From assembly GCA_002269645.1 (NCBI GenBank), contig NIVC01003877.1:1-64000 (forward strand): DNA of 64,000 nucleotides, read 5' to 3'. The stretch comes from Macrostomum lignano (lineage: Eukaryota). The translations under genes were made by a program, and so were the position numbers. Below are positions 60,821 through 64,000 of the stretch, in pieces (positions within the stretch are counted from its first letter, which is position 1; the number at the start of each line of letters is the position of its first letter). The notes beneath the pieces are model-generated. The model did no database searches. It saw nothing but the letters and a program-made list of their open reading frames with translations, and was not told where the DNA came from.

Positions 60821-61242
60821 TTAGATCAGAAACTTTTAAGTAAAGTAGCTTGCACTGAAATGTAATCAGTAATATAAAAAGTAATATTTCGATTGTTTAT
60901 TACATTTTAATTACAATACAAAGCCAATAACGTATGTGAGAATTGAACACAACATTAAAAAAGTCATCAATTGTCCAAACCAGATAGAAACTTGGTTTAC
61001 TGAAGTTACAAAAGAGCTATACATAAGCAAACATTAATTGGCCTGGATATGAAATGGAAGAGGAGAAATCAATTCAGAAAGTGAGTCAGACAATTTTAGT
61101 GATGGGTCGAGAAAGCTTTTAACAAAGTTAATCTTATTTTAGGCAGTAGCGTGATCGCAAATTGTGGAGTATTTGCTGTAATTACAGGTAAAAATAAAAG
61201 TTCTATCAATCTATTTATTTCGGATTGGCGTCGAACTCGACT

Positions 61243-61341
61243 CTAATGGCCGCGTACTGACAGATAGATGATCAGGGCCAGGATTCCCGCCACAACAATG
61301 CCAACGATGATTAAAATGATGCACTTCTTGCGGGCCTTGCG
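61243..61341 (-). CDS. Terminal exon of a syntaxin-7/12-like Qa-SNARE (C-terminal membrane anchor); the rest of the gene lies beyond the window
   Basis: CTTCAG|RKARKKCIILIIVGIVVAGILALIIYLSVRGH*: a basic juxtamembrane run plus tail anchor resembling STX7/STX12 (RKSRKK.CI...LII). It is absent from the ORF track because it is short and has no start codon. Confidence 0.7.
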   Translation of the reverse strand, partial: RKARKKCIILIIVGIVVAGILALIIYLSVRGH

Positions 61342-61364
61342 CTGAAGTGTTTTTAGTGGGATTA

Positions 61365-63960
61365 TTATCCAATAGTGAGGGATATGGGATATCCAATAGT
61401 GAGAGATATGGGATTATCCAATAGTGAGAGATATGGGATTATCCAATAGTGAGGGACATGGGATTATCCAATAGTGATGGATATGTGATTATCCAATAGT
61501 GAGAGATATGGGATTATCCAATAGTGAGAGATATGGGATTATCCAATAGTGATGGATATGTGATTATCCAATAGTGAGAGATATGGGATTATCCAATAGT
61601 GAGAGATATGGGATTATCCAATAGTGAGGGATGTGGGATTATCCAATAGTGAGGGATGTGGGATTATCCAATAGTGATGGATATGTGATTATCCAATAGT
61701 GAGAGATATGGGATTATCCAATAGTGAGAGATATGGGATTATCCAATAGTGAGGGATATGGGATTATCCAATAGTGATGGATATGTGATTATCCAATAGT
61801 GAGAGATATGGGATTATCCAATAGTGAGGGATATGGGATTATCCAATAGTAAGGGATATGGGATTATCCAATAGTGAGGGATATGGGATTATCCAATAGT
61901 GAGGGATGTGGGATTATCCAATAGTGAGGGATGTGGGATTATCCAATAGTGAGGGATATGGGATTATCCAATAGTGAGGGATATGGTATTATCCAATAGT
62001 GAGAGATATGGGATTATCCAATAGTGAGGGATATGGTATTATCCAATAGTGAGAGATATGGGATTATCCAATAGTGAGAGTGCAGTGATCCGCTAGTTAA
62101 TGTTAGGCGTCGCACTTTGTCAGCAGTTGCCCTTGCCCTCGCCCTCGCCCTGGGTTGCTGTCTGCCGCTGATCAGCTTCCCGCCTCCCTTCTTTTGGCTG
62201 TCTGTTGCTACTCCCTTCCCTCCTTCTGCCCGTGTTGCCCTTCGTTTCTCAGCCCTCAGCTTCTCTGCTGTGGGCTGTCCTTGTTTCGTCAGTCTCTGTT
62301 TCCCTGTCATGTGAGCCAGTCACATGACAGGCCTTGTTTTCTTGGAGTCTTAAAGTGCAGTAAACATTTTTACTGCACTCGCTGGTCCTGTTTACCGGGA
62401 GAGTCACGTGCTTACGGCCCCCTCCCTTCTCTAAGGAGAGGAGTGATTCATGTTGCTAAAAATAGCAACTGAGTCACAGCCGCGTGCACTCTGCCTGAAG
62501 ACCCCAAGTAACGTCAGTTCTAAGAATAGAACGAGTCACGAGGTCTTGCGCGCATTGGGACTCTGCCGGAGGCTTTGAGTGACGTCAGTTCTAAAAATAG
62601 AACGAGTCACGAGATATTGTGCAATGGACCAGGGGTGAATCCCGCGCTATAAATAGGACCCCCTCCCCTTGTTTCCGTCAAGGAGTCTCTAGTTTCTAGT
62701 TCTTAGTTTCGAACTTCCGAGTCTAAGTTTGAGTCACCCGTTTTCTAAGTGCCTGCGTTCAGTGAGTTCTCTCCTATTGGTCTGACTGTGATCCCACTAA
62801 AGTCAACCCTTGCCTAAGAGAGACTAACACCGCTCTCCCTGCACTAACCAAGCCCGGCAGGTACTGCTAACGAGACGCCTGTTACATTGAGCTGCAAATC
62901 TGCTCCCGGTGCTGTGTTCGTTGACTTCGTTATTTCGTTCCGACGGGAAGCTCACCTCATCGAAGGCCGAGACCTGAAGGAACTGGTGGCAGCACTACCT
63001 ACGCTACTGAGAATTGAGAAGGCTTCCGAGTGAGAAGACGGAGAGCCCAAATCACTGTGCTAGACAGCAGGAGACGCACAAGTACTTCACTGGTGGCAGC
63101 GGTGGGATTCAAAGACCTACCCGGCCACTTCGAGACAACCCCGAGACAACTCTAAGTACTACAAGAGATATGGGATTATCCAATAGTAAGGGATATGGGA
63201 TTATCCAATAGTAAGGGATATGGGATTATCCAATAGTAAGGGATATGGGATTATCCAATAGTAAGGGATATGGGATTATCCAATAGTAAGGGATATGGGA
63301 TTATCCAATAGTGAGGGATATGGGATTATCCAATAGTAAGGGATATGGGATTATCCAATAGTGAAGGATATGGGATTATCCAATAGTGAGGGATGTGGGA
63401 TTACCCAATAGTGAGGGATGTGGGATTATCCAATAGTGAGGGATGTGGGATTATCCAATAGTGAGGGATATGGGATTATCCAATAGTGAGGGATGTGGGA
63501 TTATCCAATAGTGAGGGATGTGGGATTATCCAATAGTGAGGGATGTGGGATTACCCAATAGTGAGGGATGTGGGATTATCCAATAGTGAGGGATGTGGGA
63601 TTATCCAATAGTGAGGGATGTGGGATTATCCAATAGTGAGGGATGTGGGATTATCCAATAGTGAGGGATGTGGGATTATCCAATAGTGAGGGATATGGGA
63701 TTATCCAATAGTGAGAGATATGTGATTATCCAATAGTGAGGGATATGGGATTATCCAATAGTGAGAGATATGGGATTATCCAATAGTGATGGATATGGGA
63801 TTATCCAATAGTGAGGGATGTGGGATTATCCAATAGTGAGGGACATGGGATTATTAAATAGTGAGGGATATGTGATTATCCAATAGTGAGGGATATGGGA
63901 TTATCCAATAGTGAGGGATATGGAAATATCCAATAGTGAGGGACATGGGATTATCCAATA
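61365..63960. repeat. 25-bp minisatellite (GAGGGATATGGGATTATCCAATAGT)n, split by a solo LTR
   Basis: Units at ~61365-62080 and 63164-~63960. Confidence 0.96.
62081..63163 (+). mobile_element. Solo LTR (1083 bp), probably gypsy-type
   Basis: Begins TGCAGTG and ends TACTACA (TG...CA, imperfect terminal inverted repeat); 4-bp TSD AGAG at 62077-62080 and 63164-63167; TATAAATA at ~62649; no coding region. Confidence 0.85.
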
Positions 63961-64000
63961 CAGAAAGAACATGACGATAGAGACGAGAACAAAGGATGTT

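Overview
Animal (metazoan) genomic DNA, very rich in minisatellites. Gene style and repeat landscape suggest a free-living flatworm such as Macrostomum; this is inference and not verifiable from the window. All gene models were built by hand from GT-AG sites and phase continuity. (1) A head-to-head inverted pair of intronless FkbM-family methyltransferases with N-terminal signal anchors: 2808-4009 (-), with a 1-nt homopolymer frameshift, and 6095-7291 (+). (2) A 14-exon JIP3/JIP4 (MAPK8IP3/SPAG9, unc-16/sunday driver) gene at 15417-38787 (+), including three in-frame microexons. (3) A divergent 3-exon CK1/TTBK-like kinase nested antisense in JIP3 intron 11 at 29678-32339 (-). (4) A 6-exon GnRH/AKH-receptor-like class A GPCR at 41657-53289 (-). 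(5) The last exon of a syntaxin-7/12-like gene at 61243-61341 (-). Mobile DNA: a 1.6-kb foldback element inside a SINE, tRNA-derived SINEs, two hAT MITEs with 8-bp TSDs, other hairpin MITEs, 5'-truncated RTE and RNase-H-bearing LINEs, a solo LTR with a 4-bp TSD, a gypsy RT scrap and a Maverick/Polinton pPolB relic. About 30 distinct tandem arrays are present, and most large introns hold their own. Four insertions of four element types sit inside GGGAT-core arrays. No CRISPR array, rRNA or convincing tRNA gene was found.
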